The position numbers and the translations under genes were made by a program. Below the pieces are notes generated by a model. It had not been told where the DNA came from. It ran no database searches and saw nothing but the letters and a program-made list of their open reading frames with translations. A stretch of 64,000 nucleotides of DNA from Phoronis australis (Eukaryota > Animalia > Phoronida), in the NCBI GenBank assembly GCA_002633005.1, contig NMRA01000045.1, positions 1,047,552-1,111,551 on the forward strand, read 5' to 3'. Of the stretch, positions 1 to 12,508 are shown one piece after another. The first letter of the stretch is position 1. Each line of letters starts with the position of its first letter.

Positions 1-880
1 GCGTGTTTTACAACTTTGGACAGAAATCATTGTCATATTAATTTACGCATCCATAGCAAAACAAGTCTGATGACAGGAAAATTATTTTCCAACGTGGTTT
101 TAAGACGCATAGGAATTCTACAACCTAAATTGACCGGATCACTTTTCAGTGGAGTCCACTGCAGTGTGCAAAGTCTTGATTTATTTAATGGTTCCTAAGA
201 TTGTTCGACGCGCTATTTTTACATCTTGAAAGTCATCTGCTCTTTTCGAAAACTTCAGATTTCATGGCCTTTCAAGCGATTCAACCTCGTTTTTGTGCCA
301 GTGGGTTTCACCCATAGCTTATGAGTTTAGGTAATCTATTCTATGTTACACCACATTTTGGTTATGACTGGCAAAGAAACGATAATAGGCCTTTTTAGTT
401 AGATCCGAAACAAGAATATGGCCTTATAATCGAAACGGTTGGCAATGATGCTTCCAAAGTCACGAATATTATTTGGAAGGCCTTATCTTCATTTGTTCAT
501 ATTAAACATAAAATACTTGAAAAAATCTTCAATGCCCAAATACTACCAATTCTAAATTGCTCTAGTGAAGAAAGCGGCTTTCACGAGGCCAAAGATGTGA
601 ATAATGTACACAATAATATTGATGTTAGTAGTGAGATTACACCAGGCACATGATATTATCTGTTCCTGAAGTTAACTGAAAAAATCTTAGACATTCATGA
701 TATGAAAAAACATTGGACGAAGTTAATATATGTAGACCCAAATAGGTATCTCTCAAAGATTTGCCAAAAGCAGTTTAGGCTTGATGAAAAAGGTGTGGAA
801 ATTTGGGTTCTGAAGGTAAGAACTCCGTTGGCGAGACGATGACATCATAGAGAAGATTGGAACAGGCAGCAGTGGCAAAT
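1..880 (+). mobile_element. Highly degenerate Crypton-like (tyrosine recombinase) DNA transposon remnant, tentative
   Basis: Broken-frame peptides HSKTSL (~52), PHFG (~351), YLSK (~748) and VW...GKNSVGETM (~795-845) occur in the order of CryptonA/DUF3504 motifs (YSKSSL, HFG.R, YLSK, VWY...GKN..G.MM). No intact ORF; boundaries approximate. Confidence 0.3.
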
Positions 881-1292
881 AAAACTTAATATTTCAATAA
901 GAAAAGTATAAGCTAAAAAATCTTGGCGAATATCGACACCTGGGACTTTTTGGACGTCTACGTTGGAATAGTCTTCCAGATTTTCCTTTAGGAAAGAGGG
1001 GAGATGAGAATGTGTTTGACGCTCTGAGAAATGTAAACCTAGTACTTGCTACACAAACAGCCAAACATTTATTTTTAGCAAATAAACTTAAGATTACAGA
1101 ATCTGTCAGAGGCACAGATTGTTAATTAAGGATTGTACGTTGTTGTAATGAGTTATTTGTGATGTTTGGTATTTACTTTTCAAGGGCTTTATATTCCGGG
1201 TAATACGGTACATATTATACTGGACGCGTCACCCTGACCTTTACATTCTGAAGCTTGCAAAACGCTAAATTCAGCACCTCTGTTGTTCAGTA

Positions 1293-1298
1293 TTTATT
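1293..1298 (-). promoter_or_regulatory. Putative poly(A) signal of the lectin gene
   Basis: AATAAA on the minus strand about 55 nt downstream of the TGA stop at 1352-1354. Confidence 0.5.
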
Positions 1299-1351
1299 CC
1301 AATCTCACAGTCTCGAAGAACGCTTTTCCGGATGTTAGCATTGTTTCAGTT

Positions 1352-1593
1352 TCACAGTTTGCGACGTCCAACCACTTCAACTTCACACAGCGTGAGAATC
1401 TCGTCCTGCCCAGGTATCTGTATGACCAAGTAACGTCCATATGTAGGGCACTTGTCACAGTTAATACTTACTGTCGCTCCGTCAGGAAAATTTCCGTTGA
1501 AGAATTTGCATACCGCATAATCGCTTTGCTTTCTATCATTTGGAGTACCTGGGACGTCTGTAACTTTAATCTCGAAATCGTGAAGTCTGAAAC
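1352..1593 (-). CDS. PAN + F-type lectin gene, exon 3 (C-terminal half of the F-type lectin domain, stop)
   Basis: Acceptor ttcttatttttag|GT, phase 1. Translates FRLHDFEIKVTDVPG...AVCKFFNGNFPDGATVSINCDKCPTYGRYLVIQIPGQDEILTLCEVEVVGRRKL*; GRY..I and LTLCEVEV are fucolectin hallmarks. Not in the ORF track in this frame. Confidence 0.92.
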
Positions 1594-2458
1594 CTAAAAA
1601 TAAGAAAGTTAATGGGGGTGGATTTAGAAGGGGGAGGGGGGAGGGGGCAGAGGAAATCCTCCTCTAAGACCACCAACAGCAAAGAGAGAACAGTATAAAA
1701 TTGCAAACGCTCCAACCTATTTTACGATTACGAATTTTTCAGATTGTTAACATTATAGTAAATTGATTGAACAATGCAGCATCGAATAAAGACGAGTTGT
1801 CTGGTTGTTATGTGCACATTTTTGTCAATGGTCAGTCGGAATTTAGATATATAACATTTAGGCCTAACCTCCTGCACTATACAATCACCGAGTCACTGAC
1901 CTACTATTATGTGTCAGTTAAAAATATGTAGTTGTCACCAGATTACGACGGCCACATGCGTATTTTAACAAAACAACACAGGGAAGGGTTCGCCAGATTA
2001 GACGACTGGCCCAGGCTGATATTTAGCGCACTGGTACTGTGCAAACGAGTGCAAGACGCAGCACTACTATGTGAACGGAAAATATAGTCGTAAAAATAGT
2101 GGAGTCAAACGCAATTTGAGATCAGAAACTGACAAGAGAACTTCCAGAATCAGGTGAAATATATCTTCGTCTGGACATCTAATTGTAATGCATTTTTCAC
2201 GTTGTGTTCGTCACCGCCACTGAGCCAGTTCGTCCAGACACCTCGAGCCGACTTGAGACATTAATAAGCCAGAGAGTGCGATCTATTAATCGCAAAATCT
2301 TATATTAAATTTACGCCCAGGATCTCCCTCAGTTCAGCATCGCTAGGAAACTTATAAAAGGAAACAGAAGTTAATTTTAGTTTGTGTGAAAGAGGAAAAA
2401 TCCAATAGAAGTACAGTGATGGCCTCAACCTGCCCTGCCCTGGAGTTTATACATTTAA

Positions 2459-4086
2459 CGAGAATGCCACCCGAAAACATTCTATTTTGTATCAATTGAG
2501 ATCAGTGGTTCTACTCGACAACGGCAGGTTCGGTTGCGTTACCTGACGGCAGACGGAGGTGTTGAAATAATCGAATGACGTAATTGGTTTCACACGCAGT
2601 CTGTTCAGCAATTCACAACACGGGCTAGTGCATGGTGTCAGCTTATGGCTTGAACTCATCGTTTAACACCAACAAATCATGAAACTTCGATGTACAGCCC
2701 TTAAAAATACACCGAATTCTTACATGCATAAACACGATTTGTTTCATTTCACTGTTACGGATTTACTGGTATTTGGACACACCGTAGCCTACAAAGTTCG
2801 GCAGGCCAATTTACCAAGGTCCGTAGCACGAGTTTGGGGTCTGTTCGGAGATAAATTCGAAGTATTCTTCCTTGAAATACACACGGGAGAACCTAGATCT
2901 GTGTTGTTTATACTTGTGATTTTTTGAGTTCTAAACACACAAAACGCTTGTCATCCGGGCCAGTGGATCGGAACCCGTTGCGGCCGCCGGAACTGGCACG
3001 AACATAAACCAGCTTGAGTTGGAAACTAAACCTCCAATCACGAAAAGACTACAATAGTGAGCCAAAGAAATAATGTGCACGTAATTATATATGTGAATTA
3101 GCCACGAAACTGAAAATCTACCTAGGCCTACTTGTCGGGGGCCGCGATGAAGTCGGGATCCCCATCCACAGACCGTCAGGGCAAAGGTTGTACAGTAACA
3201 ATGACTTGAATAATGTATTTGTATTTCTAAATAAAGATTCCCCTAACATGTGACCATAGCATATAAAGTGGAGTAATTGTTTCACAACAGCTTTCTGTCA
3301 GCATACACTAAATTAGCATGTGGTCACACGGCCTCGGTGCCCGGTCACTGATTTACCTTTGTTGCCGGCATCAAAAGCCGGTAACACAGTGGTTTATTCA
3401 TTGCTGGCTTCTCAACATTTGCACTCACGAGCACTCCAAGATTACAAATTGAGACAGACTGTGTTTCAGTTTCATATAAGCATTTGTTTGGATCATTTTA
3501 GGATGAAAATAATTCATTTTGAAACAGAACGCAGAATAATAAACGTCTACATGGCAACTCAGTCGCCCGGCGCCAATCCCGACTTAGCCGAGAGCTCATC
3601 CGACGAAGGCTTCACAGGTCGGTTCGTTAGGTTTCACAGGCTATCAGTTCGAACCCGACACTGATCAAGAACGTACGGATAGTTCGTTGGTATGCCGGAA
3701 TTCGTCAGAGAAATCACTGTCAACGAAATGCCGTCCACAGACACGGAGAAGTTTCACGGCCTCATACTTGCTATTAACAGTATACCTTTCATTCTTAACT
3801 ACCGCGAGCCATTGACTTCCTTAGCATTTCGGGCCCTTCGAGGAAGTCGATAAAACGATATACGCGCTTTCTTCGCAGCTGCTTACTCCGGACAAGCGGG
3901 AACGATGCACCGCAATATAGCGACATTGACTCTGCAGACGACCCTGACGTCGTTGCGTCCTTTCTCACCTTCCTCACAGGTTAACGCTACACCTCTCGGC
4001 AAGGTGAGGTCGACCGTGTAAGAGGCGATGTGGATACAGATCGATTAAGATGGTAAAAAACTAATTAAATCGGGTGGCATTCTCCT
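2459..4086. mobile_element. Non-autonomous/decayed Kolobok (KolobokP-like) DNA transposon in lectin intron 2
   Basis: Inverted termini: TTAA-cgAGAATGCCACCCGA at 2455-2474 and TCGGGTGGCATTCTCCT-TTAA at 4070-4090 (TTAA target, Kolobok-type AGG...CCT end). Inside are a degenerate plus-strand GYQFEP...AAY peptide (3550-4000, P2X7-ballast/KolX-like) and a divergent minus-strand THAP-like remnant (~3000-2850). Confidence 0.6.
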
Positions 4087-4399
4087 TTAAAGTGATTTTT
4101 TAATGGCTCGGCTCTACTTCACTATTATTGTCGAGGACACAGTGTGGCCTAGTGAAATAAGTGTCCGCCTCCTTTACTCAATTTCGTGGGTCCGAGTCTC
4201 ATTGGGGCGCAGCGCTAGACAGGAGCATACAGCTATTTTTCGAAATACCCATCTGCATGAAAATGTAGTGACACGTGATTTTCAGGTGAGACCTACAGCC
4301 AGATAAAGCTTCAATAAATCAACTGCCAACTGAACCGTTTCGGTTGGTGACTAGTCTGTCAAACGTGCAGCCCGGGTTCAAGTCTCGTTGTCGGCAAAA

Positions 4400-4700
4400 T
4401 GCCATAAGAATACTGAACGGCACCAGGTATATCGGTTGTCTGCTTGACGTAACTGATGAATGGTGGCTGAAAGCCTTTTATCAGACAAACTCGAACTGCA
4501 GATCAACTATTAATCTTTCCCAAAGTAGAAATCCATACGCCTTACATTTTGTCGTCTGCAAAAAACTAATACCAACAACCAAACAATGCCGGAATTCCAT
4601 GAAGATGACAAGGTTTCGATTGATAAATCGGATGCCGCAACTGTACATACTCCCAGTTGGAAGGTCAAGACATGCAAACAATTTGTTCAACGGACCCATC
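4400..4700 (-). mobile_element. Degenerate THAP-domain transposase fragment
   Basis: Minus-strand pieces ICSS.. and IPGAV(Q/P) resemble the THAP ICS.HF and L.PGAVPS motifs; frameshifted. Confidence 0.3.
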
Positions 4701-5148
4701 TTCGGCGTCGAATTTCATTCGAACAGACGAATCCCGACTCAAATAACGCGGTGAGACTGTCAAGCTGTGCTGTCTCAACGTCAACTCCTTGTAGCTACGC
4801 GCCTGTTAATCATACGAGTTTCAAAGTAAAAAAGGAACGATAAGTAAGGCGTAACTTTTCAATCTGTCAAGTAAATATTAACTGTTTTAGATAAATGAGA
4901 GAACAGGTTTTCTTCAGCAGCGTGGATGAGCCGCACCAATTAATTAACTTGTATTTAAGGATGGGTTAGTGACAAAAGTCTGGCTTACATTTGGATAACG
5001 TTGGGTTTGACAAAAGGCCATTGTTAGAGTACAAGTTAACTCATGCTAAAAGCCTCATAAAGAAAACGAGAACAAGTTAGGAAAACATTAATGCGTGGCA
5101 CACTTACTGCAATATAAATGGGTTTTAGCAAGTACAAACAAAATTTAC

Positions 5149-5370
5149 CAACATATTGTCCTCTGTTCGTGATCGTAACTTGTGTAACGCCATAGACAGC
5201 TTCTAAGTCAACTTGCCACCATGGATTTGCCTCATAAGCAATTGTATGAGTACACGAATCCTCGTAGTCTTTGTTGTTTTTGTTGCCATCGACAGCGTTT
5301 GATGACGAAAAGTCATAAGCTCCAGTGACCGTGCTTGACTGTCTGGTTGGCTTCCCTCTAGATATGAGAC
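5149..5370 (-). CDS. PAN + F-type lectin gene, exon 2 (N-terminal half of the F-type lectin domain)
   Basis: Acceptor cacatag|GT, donor G|gtaaat, 222 nt, phase 1-1. Translates LISRGKPTRQSSTVTGAYDFSSSNAVDGNKNNKDYEDSCTHTIAYEANPWWQVDLEAVYGVTQVTITNRGQYV, with the GK.T.QSS, AVDG, SCTHT, PWWQVDL and I.NR motifs. Confidence 0.93.
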
Positions 5371-6290
5371 CTATGTGGCAATATAAGTTACAAAGATAAA
5401 AGTAAATTTATAATTTAGAGAAAACGATACATGGACAACTATTTTATTTCGTTTTCCTGGTTCTTATTTTTTCTCGGCAAGCAAAATTGTACGCAATTAA
5501 ATTGGCACAGTGTAAATAGAATTAAGTACTTGCAATATTCCATTAGACATCGGTGTTTCGATGCAACCGTTGCGGTGTGCAAATACGTATCAAAGGAAAC
5601 TAGTGAGATGGGCAATTCCAACATGGTAACCGAGCTTATAATTCCAGCCAATGAGATCGTGGAAACATATTAACTCGACGACAGTCTTGCCATGTTAGTC
5701 CTATTAACATCGGTTGTCACCGAATGCATTACGGTGACACTCAATATTTTTTTAGCTATACGGTTGAATTTACCTCCTCCAATTTCATTAAAGTGATTAC
5801 AGCAACCATTTCTCTTGTTTTGACAAATGGCCACATTATACCATCGTTTATGCCACTGCTTATCATAACCGTGAATTCATTGTTCCCAAAACCTAGACAA
5901 TAGAAGAAAGGCGACTTCAACTGAAAGTTTGTTAATTCTACTCTGGAAGCAATGTATTGGTCCTAGCTCTACATGAGTGTGACGCACTGGTGGGGAATTT
6001 TTTATGTGACTATTTCATTCGAGCATGTATCCGGGATGGTTTGCATAGGTTTTTTGAAAACTTCTACCATAAACCTTTTTGTGAGATTTGCTGGAACGAA
6101 AGTACATCTTTTTCAGTGATAGATTAACCAGTTTCTTTCAAAAGCTATGGTTGCTCTCCTGCAACATCCTAGCTCCACCGTGGTACACAGTATATAACAG
6201 AACGTTGTTTGTTTCATTTTATAATTGTGCTTACTGCTGTCAATGTACCCTTGAATACAAAATATTTAGAACAGTACAACCGTCTGAAAT

Positions 6291-7146
6291 TGTGACAAAC
6301 TAGCTATTTTTGTTTGTGTGTCAACTGAACAGTGAGAATTACAAACAACAAATTTGCATAGGATAAGAGCGTGCTCTTTGGTATTACTGGCAGGACTGCT
6401 GATACTCTGTTATTTATTTAGGTTCAGTACAGCATGCATGTCAGAATTTAGACTGACACTGTTTTTATTTGTATTGTTTTGTTTTGTTATTCTGTTTGAT
6501 TGGCATAACCCCTGAGTTAAGTACAGTGATGATGTAATTTGTTTACTGCAGAATAGTATGGAACTTTCTAGAGGACTGAGGTCAGTACAATGATGATGTC
6601 ATTTGTTTACTACAGTATAGTGAGGAACTTTCTAGAAGACTTTAGCATGACAGTGATTGATGTAGTCTGGAATATTCTAGAGACTAGTATATGTTTGTAG
6701 AATGATTGGGCAGATTCAGGAAAGTTCTAGAAAGTGCTTGAATTGATGTAAAGTTCCAGAACAATGCGTTAGGCTATAAATACACAAGCACGGGTTTGTG
6801 TTAAAGAGGAGATCAAGTCAGTTCATCAGAAGTTCAAGAAAGTTAATCAGGAGAATTACAGTTGAGTTGTAGTGAAGAGAACCAGCAGTTACAGCGATGG
6901 TCAATAGAGAGCCAGCTATAGAGACAGCAGGTTATTGAATCGACGAGTGTAACAGTTGCTGAACGTGTCTGAGAAGTTCATCACAAGTCAAGGTTTCGCA
7001 GCACTGGCTGGAGCATAAACAGACATTACGCCGGACGTTTTGGTTGAGTAGGCTTATGAACATACGGTCGGGATTAATAAAGGATTAACTCGAACCACTC
7101 TTCAGTGAATCGTCGCACCGAAAGCTATTAGTACCGGTCTGTAACA
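6291..7146 (+). mobile_element. LTR-like insert (probable solo LTR) in lectin intron 1
   Basis: Starts TGTGACA and ends TGTAACA. Internal order is a ~64-bp tandem duplication (6520-6641), TATAAATA (6775) and AATAAA (7076), i.e. U3-R-U5-like. No target-site duplication was found, so the ends are uncertain. Confidence 0.5.
6560..6782 (+). promoter_or_regulatory. Heat-shock element cluster plus TATA box
   Basis: GAActTTCtaGAg (6561), GAActTTCtaGAA (6625), GAAtaTTCtaGAg (6670), TTCagGAAagTTCtaGAA (6715-6732), TTCcaGAA (6754), TATAAATA (6775). Confidence 0.65.
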
Positions 7147-8093
7147 ACCTGCGCCCACCCACACACGGGGAAAAATGTGACAATGCAGTGACGGATTATT
7201 CCTTCAGTTAAACAATCTACTGCTTGGGATCCTGCGCAAAACGTACTCCATCTCATCCTCGTAGGGGTGGCTCAAAGCTTGTTGCAGTCGGGGTAATCCA
7301 CCGACCAAAACAAGGGCCTCGCACGAAATAGGGACCCCTGTTTTGTCACTGCCAATACCTCTCAAAAGTGGTGGCCATTGACCCGGCAGAAACGGGGAGA
7401 AACAGTACGGAAATTTTAACGACTAGGGCCTCAGGCTTCTTATAGCATGGGGGCGGTCTCCGAGGTACATGAATACGGCATTGACTGTACACCCTGTTTA
7501 TCGATTATTGACAGGTTCATAATAAGACCAGACCATCACCTCCCCCCACCTCTCCCACCATGATAACGATCAAAATAATGTGTGTTTAACTGCCTAGTTG
7601 CAATCAATGCTTGAGAGGTAGGGCGAAACTGGTGGCGACCACGGGTGCATGTTCCACCCCCGTCCACCTTCCTATGTCTGTAGATACTGAATCCAACTAC
7701 GCGGTGGTACCACCTAGTCAGCCTGTCACATCCGCTCAATCCGACTTACATGTCTCGGTACAAGCTGCCCAGGCTAAAAGCTGCAAAAAGTTAAACTTGA
7801 TAACACCCTGACCTACCGACTGCACACGACAAAGAGTCAATAACTGGCCCGTGCGAGTCCGTGGATAATTCGAAATTCTGTGCAAACTGCGCAAGAAACG
7901 TGTAGGATTACATTCATTAAACGCTAATTACCGAGGATCTGGTCTGTGCTACAAACCCTGATAACTTACTAATGCTTCGACCGTTATACATGTAAAATCC
8001 CTTTCGGGTGGACCATTATCATCGACACAGCTGAAAGATTCTCATCTTCAGAAAACCACAGGATAGAGTTCATTAGCTGTTTCTCGGCGAGAA

Positions 8094-8176
8094 AAATCTA
8101 ACCAAAATCATGCGCTGTCATTTAAAATACAAGGCAATATCTCGCATAATCTCGTGAAGTCCTAGTGTTACTGAAC
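8094..8176 (+). repeat. Truncated copy of MITE family A (GTTCAGTAACGCTAG inverted ends)
   Basis: gtcatttaaaatacaaggcaatatctcgcataatctcgtgaagt...ctagtgttactgaac matches the copies at 49250, 60957 and 61345. Confidence 0.7.
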
Positions 8177-8868
8177 TTTATTTAGATCTAAGTCTCGTAG
8201 AAACTCCAAATATTTTTGACGCGTTCTTCAGTTTCAGAAAATGTTGCCTGTAGCCAGCGGAGTATTAAACTTTCCACCATTTTTGTTTACGTTCTGAAAC
8301 CTTTTATAGCCGCGCATGCGTTGTAGTGACGTTTACTTTTTAATTTCGCCTAAGTTTAGGTCGTTTGTGAAGTTTCATTCGTTCGCAGAATTCAAATCGT
8401 GTTTTGACAATTTTTGCTGGTGTTGAAAATGTGTAACTTTCTGAACTTTATGCCATACAAAAGGAGAGGCTAAAACGTCATTTAGACTGGTATTTTTACC
8501 TAAAGCTTGGGCTATGTTACTGCTAACCAATTCCCAAAAATTAAGAATGAGTAAATCACTTGCTTTATGAGTAAACTTTTTAAGACTTGAACATGCGTTC
8601 CATTATCCAACATACCTCAAAACGACGAATTTTGACAGCCAAATATCAAACTATAGTACGATGGGATAATCAAGGGCCATAGCAACACGCACTAATCAGT
8701 TTCACAGCGATACATTAAAATGTAGGACACATGTGTTTTTCGAGGGTGTTTGGAAAAGGTAACGTCGAACAAATTTCGAACCACATGTTGCTCAATAGAA
8801 TAAGCCTTGCTTATGGGCGGAACCATACGGATTCTCCAATAATTTTAAAACAAAAAGAGTTCATTCAC

Positions 8869-9229
8869 CTGAAGTACACATTGTCTCTGTTCCTCCAATC
8901 TCTTCAAAGTATGTCCACATTTCATCTTTAACGAAAATTTTTCGACAGCAGTCATTACGATAGATCTCGCACAAGTTAAAACTTTTGGAACTCGCAAATG
9001 CATCGCATTGTGCATCATGTTCACATTCTGCTGCGCAGTGAAGTTGCGACGTAACAGTTACATTTCTGGCGGCAGCGATACGTCGCGTTTGATAAGTCAT
9101 CTGGAAGGTACTGTCCGCTAGTACTTTGATTGAAAAGTTAGCAACAATAATGAAAAATAAGCAAAAAAAGAGAACAGCGCGATATTGTGACATGCTAGCA
9201 GTGACGTCCTGGGAATATGATGCGTTCAT
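8869..9229 (-). CDS. PAN + F-type lectin gene, exon 1 (signal peptide + PAN/apple domain)
   Basis: From ORF 8861..9229: hydrophobic signal MSQYRAVLFFCLFFIIVANFSIKVLA (likely start 9193), then the four-Cys PAN core SQLHCAAECEHDAQCDAF...LCEIY. Donor TCAG|gtgaat is phase 1, matching exon 2. Spliced product is 274 aa (262 aa from the second Met). Confidence 0.85.
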
Positions 9230-9899
9230 CTACATGCTGGTCATTTTCTATTGCCGGTGATCCCAATTCTATTAACATTTAATTCAGATCATTGTTATGT
9301 AACCTGACGTTGTTATGAACAATACAATTATCGTACTTTCGTTTCCGCCAGCGAGGTCTTCAGTCTTTAGTTTAATAACGGCACACTTCAAACTGGCGAG
9401 GATCAGCTACAATTTGCTCCGTTAAGCTGATTGAAAATGAAATCTGAATTCAGTTTTATACTCTCATAAAATTGGTCTCATGATAGTCCTCATGAAAGGT
9501 TCTATTTCCGTTACCAAATAGAGTGAACGTCGGAACCATCGGTCTGCCAATCACTGAGACACGCACCAATTGATAGGGGTAGACCAAATGAACTCAACAA
9601 AGTGAAGCATCGGCTGACCAACTCTGCGTCACGGTCTTCGTGCGCAAACAAAGAGGCCTAGAAAACAACATTCGTTCCACTAATTCACTAACTACATTTT
9701 GGCACCAGTGTGTGAAGATGAATATTTTGAAGTTTCCCATTTTTGCAATCGAGTGGAAAATATAAAAACTAAAACTGGTTGCAACTTAACTTTCGTTCCA
9801 CGAGAGCATCAACAGGTCGACTCTAGGGTCACCGACTCGGATCTTGAAAAAAAAAATTGTGTCCATACATCCTATTGGGATATGTTCAAAATATTTATT

Positions 9900-11260
9900 G
9901 GAAAATTTTTGGGACAATACTTTTTAAGCAGAAACTAAACGGCAATGCTGTTTGAACATCATCAACGCTAAATAAAATGCAGTTGTATTCATTGACAACT
10001 TGTGAATGTGAAAACAAAAATGACCTTTGTACTAATGACGCAACTTGAGGGCTCACATAGCCCACGTCATGCAGCATTATTCCCCAACACCACGTCACGA
10101 TACTTAGTGGACAGAGTTGAGTTATTTTCGGCGGATCATTTTCGACACGAAACTCCTTCTTAAAAACATTTGGCAATTTACAAACGCACTTCATACCCAT
10201 AAAGTCGCTATATGTTGTGTCTCTATCTAATTTGACCATGCAATCACTGAGATAAGGAATTACACAATAGCCTGTAAGTTCCTCTTTGCGATAATATTGC
10301 TGATTCGTTGAATTCTTCTGGGTTACCATTCCTGTTGAATGTTTGTACCAGGTTGTCCATTTCAGCTTGGAGTGTTGTTGGACTACGCATTTCTTTTAAT
10401 CTTTTTGCCAGGCATTTGATAATACGTCAGTTAACCCCTTGGTGTTGTTGGAGTTGTAGATAGCCCAAGGTGCCGCACGGAGTGAGTCGCCTTGTAAGAC
10501 TGATGTCGTTAATTCTCCTCTATTTCTAATCACCAATACGTTAAGAAATGGTCTGATGTTGGCTGCCATTTCCATACTGAATCTTATTGTAGGTGCTGTA
10601 TGTTGTTCAGGTTGTTATGGAATATCTCGATCAGTGAATGTGTCTACATCATGGTTCAAATGTACTGATACTTTCATTTTAGTTGTGGCACGTGCTACCA
10701 CAAAGGGGGGACAGGTCCAGAGTGTGCATCCCTTCTGTCGGTAGGAAATGGCACCATTGAAGCACACATGAATTAATTGTCCGAAACTTGGAGGTGGTCT
10801 AAGTTTCTGGAGCATCTGTGGGGCCGTGTGGGTAAGGCTATCTCTGCCAAAATAATGGTAAATCCGGCGTTTCGTGATATGATATTTACTTGAAATGCTA
10901 AATACCGTTTTGATCACTATATTACTATTTGTCGTTTCATACGTACTAATTAGTTTCACAACTTCAGTTGCCATGATTTACCTGCTTAGAATTTAATTGT
11001 TCATATTGATAATTTACAACTCGTTACTGAAGTTCACTAATTGCGAACAACTAAAGGCAAAGTCGTTTTAAGCCCTGTCTATACACTTCGTGGATTTTCT
11101 GTACACGAGTTTGTATGCGACTTTTGGAGTGCAGTCTAAACACTTCGATAGTTCATTTACGACTTTTGGCAAAATTGTAGCTATTGTAAGCTCGAAATGG
11201 TGTTGCTGAATAGGAGCATTCGTATACCGCTTCAGTGAGACCATTGTAAACACATCATAT
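9900..11260 (-). mobile_element. Degenerate Penelope-like retroelement (RT and linker region)
   Basis: In correct order on the minus strand: MVSL..YTNAP (cf. VSFDV.SLFTNVP), YRQK.G, DVDTF (cf. YVDDTF), PFLNVLVIRNRGELTTSV (cf. LPFLDVLV...TTVYRK), IIKCLAKR, CVIPY. Many stops and frameshifts. Confidence 0.65.
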
Positions 11261-12508
11261 TATGCCCTTGAAACTACATGTAGGTCTCGTGTCAAAAATT
11301 ACTGATAGTGAATTGACAGCGATATCCTAAGCGGACCAAAAATCAGAGTGTAATATGACATGCTTTATTTCAACCCAAAAGTTGGAGTTTTTACTACACG
11401 AAGTTGAACCGAAAACGCTGTTGACAAACACGCAAGATTTTTCGTATACAAGAAATCGCACACAAAAAAATCAGATTTTACAGATATTGAGGTATGGTAT
11501 GTAAAGAGATGGTACCATTTTTGCATCCTACAGTATAATGGAATCAAGAACGTCCCCAGTTAGTCGGTGTGTCTGGCTTCAACCTTATTGCCTCCATGTC
11601 TCAGGTCTATCAAGCACTGTGTTTTTTTTGAGTTGTACACGACAAGCGTAAAACACGAGCGTAAATTTCACCGAGCGTACAATTACGAACGTAAGATTGG
11701 ATGGCGGGACCCTAGAAAAATGACCAAATTCGGATACATCCTATCTCAGTAATGGCTGATTGGATTCGTATGAAACTTTCAGATTCTGTTCTTTGTGTAC
11801 TGTTCTTGAAAACGCTTTTAAGAATGGTTTTAAACTGCTCCACTGTTGCATGGAGGCTATCAAAACACGGACTTTTATGATTGAATAAAATGAAAACGAA
11901 GTGATAGTAGTAGATAACAAAAATGTGATTTTTCATCGTGGACATTTCTACCAAACGAAACTTGGTCGTGTTATTGACATCGTTATTTGGCGGTGAATGA
12001 GCCGTTCTTTTTGTTAAATTTTAGTGAAAAGACATGGTCTCGAGACCCAAGTGGTTGTAGTTTGTTATTAAGTTAAATATCAAACTGTTTTGAAAATATA
12101 TACTTTCACTGAGTAAAATTCTGCACTTTTGTAGACACTTGGCTACTTTTCCAGACATAACCTTAACTCTCGAAACATTTGCGCTCGTCGTTTTGCGCTT
12201 GCGGTTTTACACTCGTCGTTTGGCGAGTGTGATAGACGAGAGTGATTTACTTAGCGTAATTTACTGGTCACACTCTTCTCCCAGCAGCCAACAATTGTCT
12301 TCTGGAATAAGCATATTTAAAACATTCCCCGACATTGCTATTAAAATGTCGTAAGAGTCATGCCAAACTTAGGCTGGTCTAAGTCTCCGTGTAAACAACG
12401 TATCAACATTTTAAATCACAAAACGGGCCCATGTGATATTTTTGTTGAAACACTAATACTAAGCTGCTTTTAGTCTTACTAGTCCTGTGTCATTTCTTTT
12501 AACTTTAT

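Noticed and set aside
7360-7730. PBS-like TGGTGGC sequences and TGTCACA as an alternative LTR end
   Set aside because: Not adjacent to a clear LTR end, no matching target-site duplication and no gag ORF follows.
9335-9363. CTGAAGA...GAAA hammerhead-like motif on the minus strand near the Penelope remnant
   Set aside because: Stem II does not close properly and stems I/III are unsupported.
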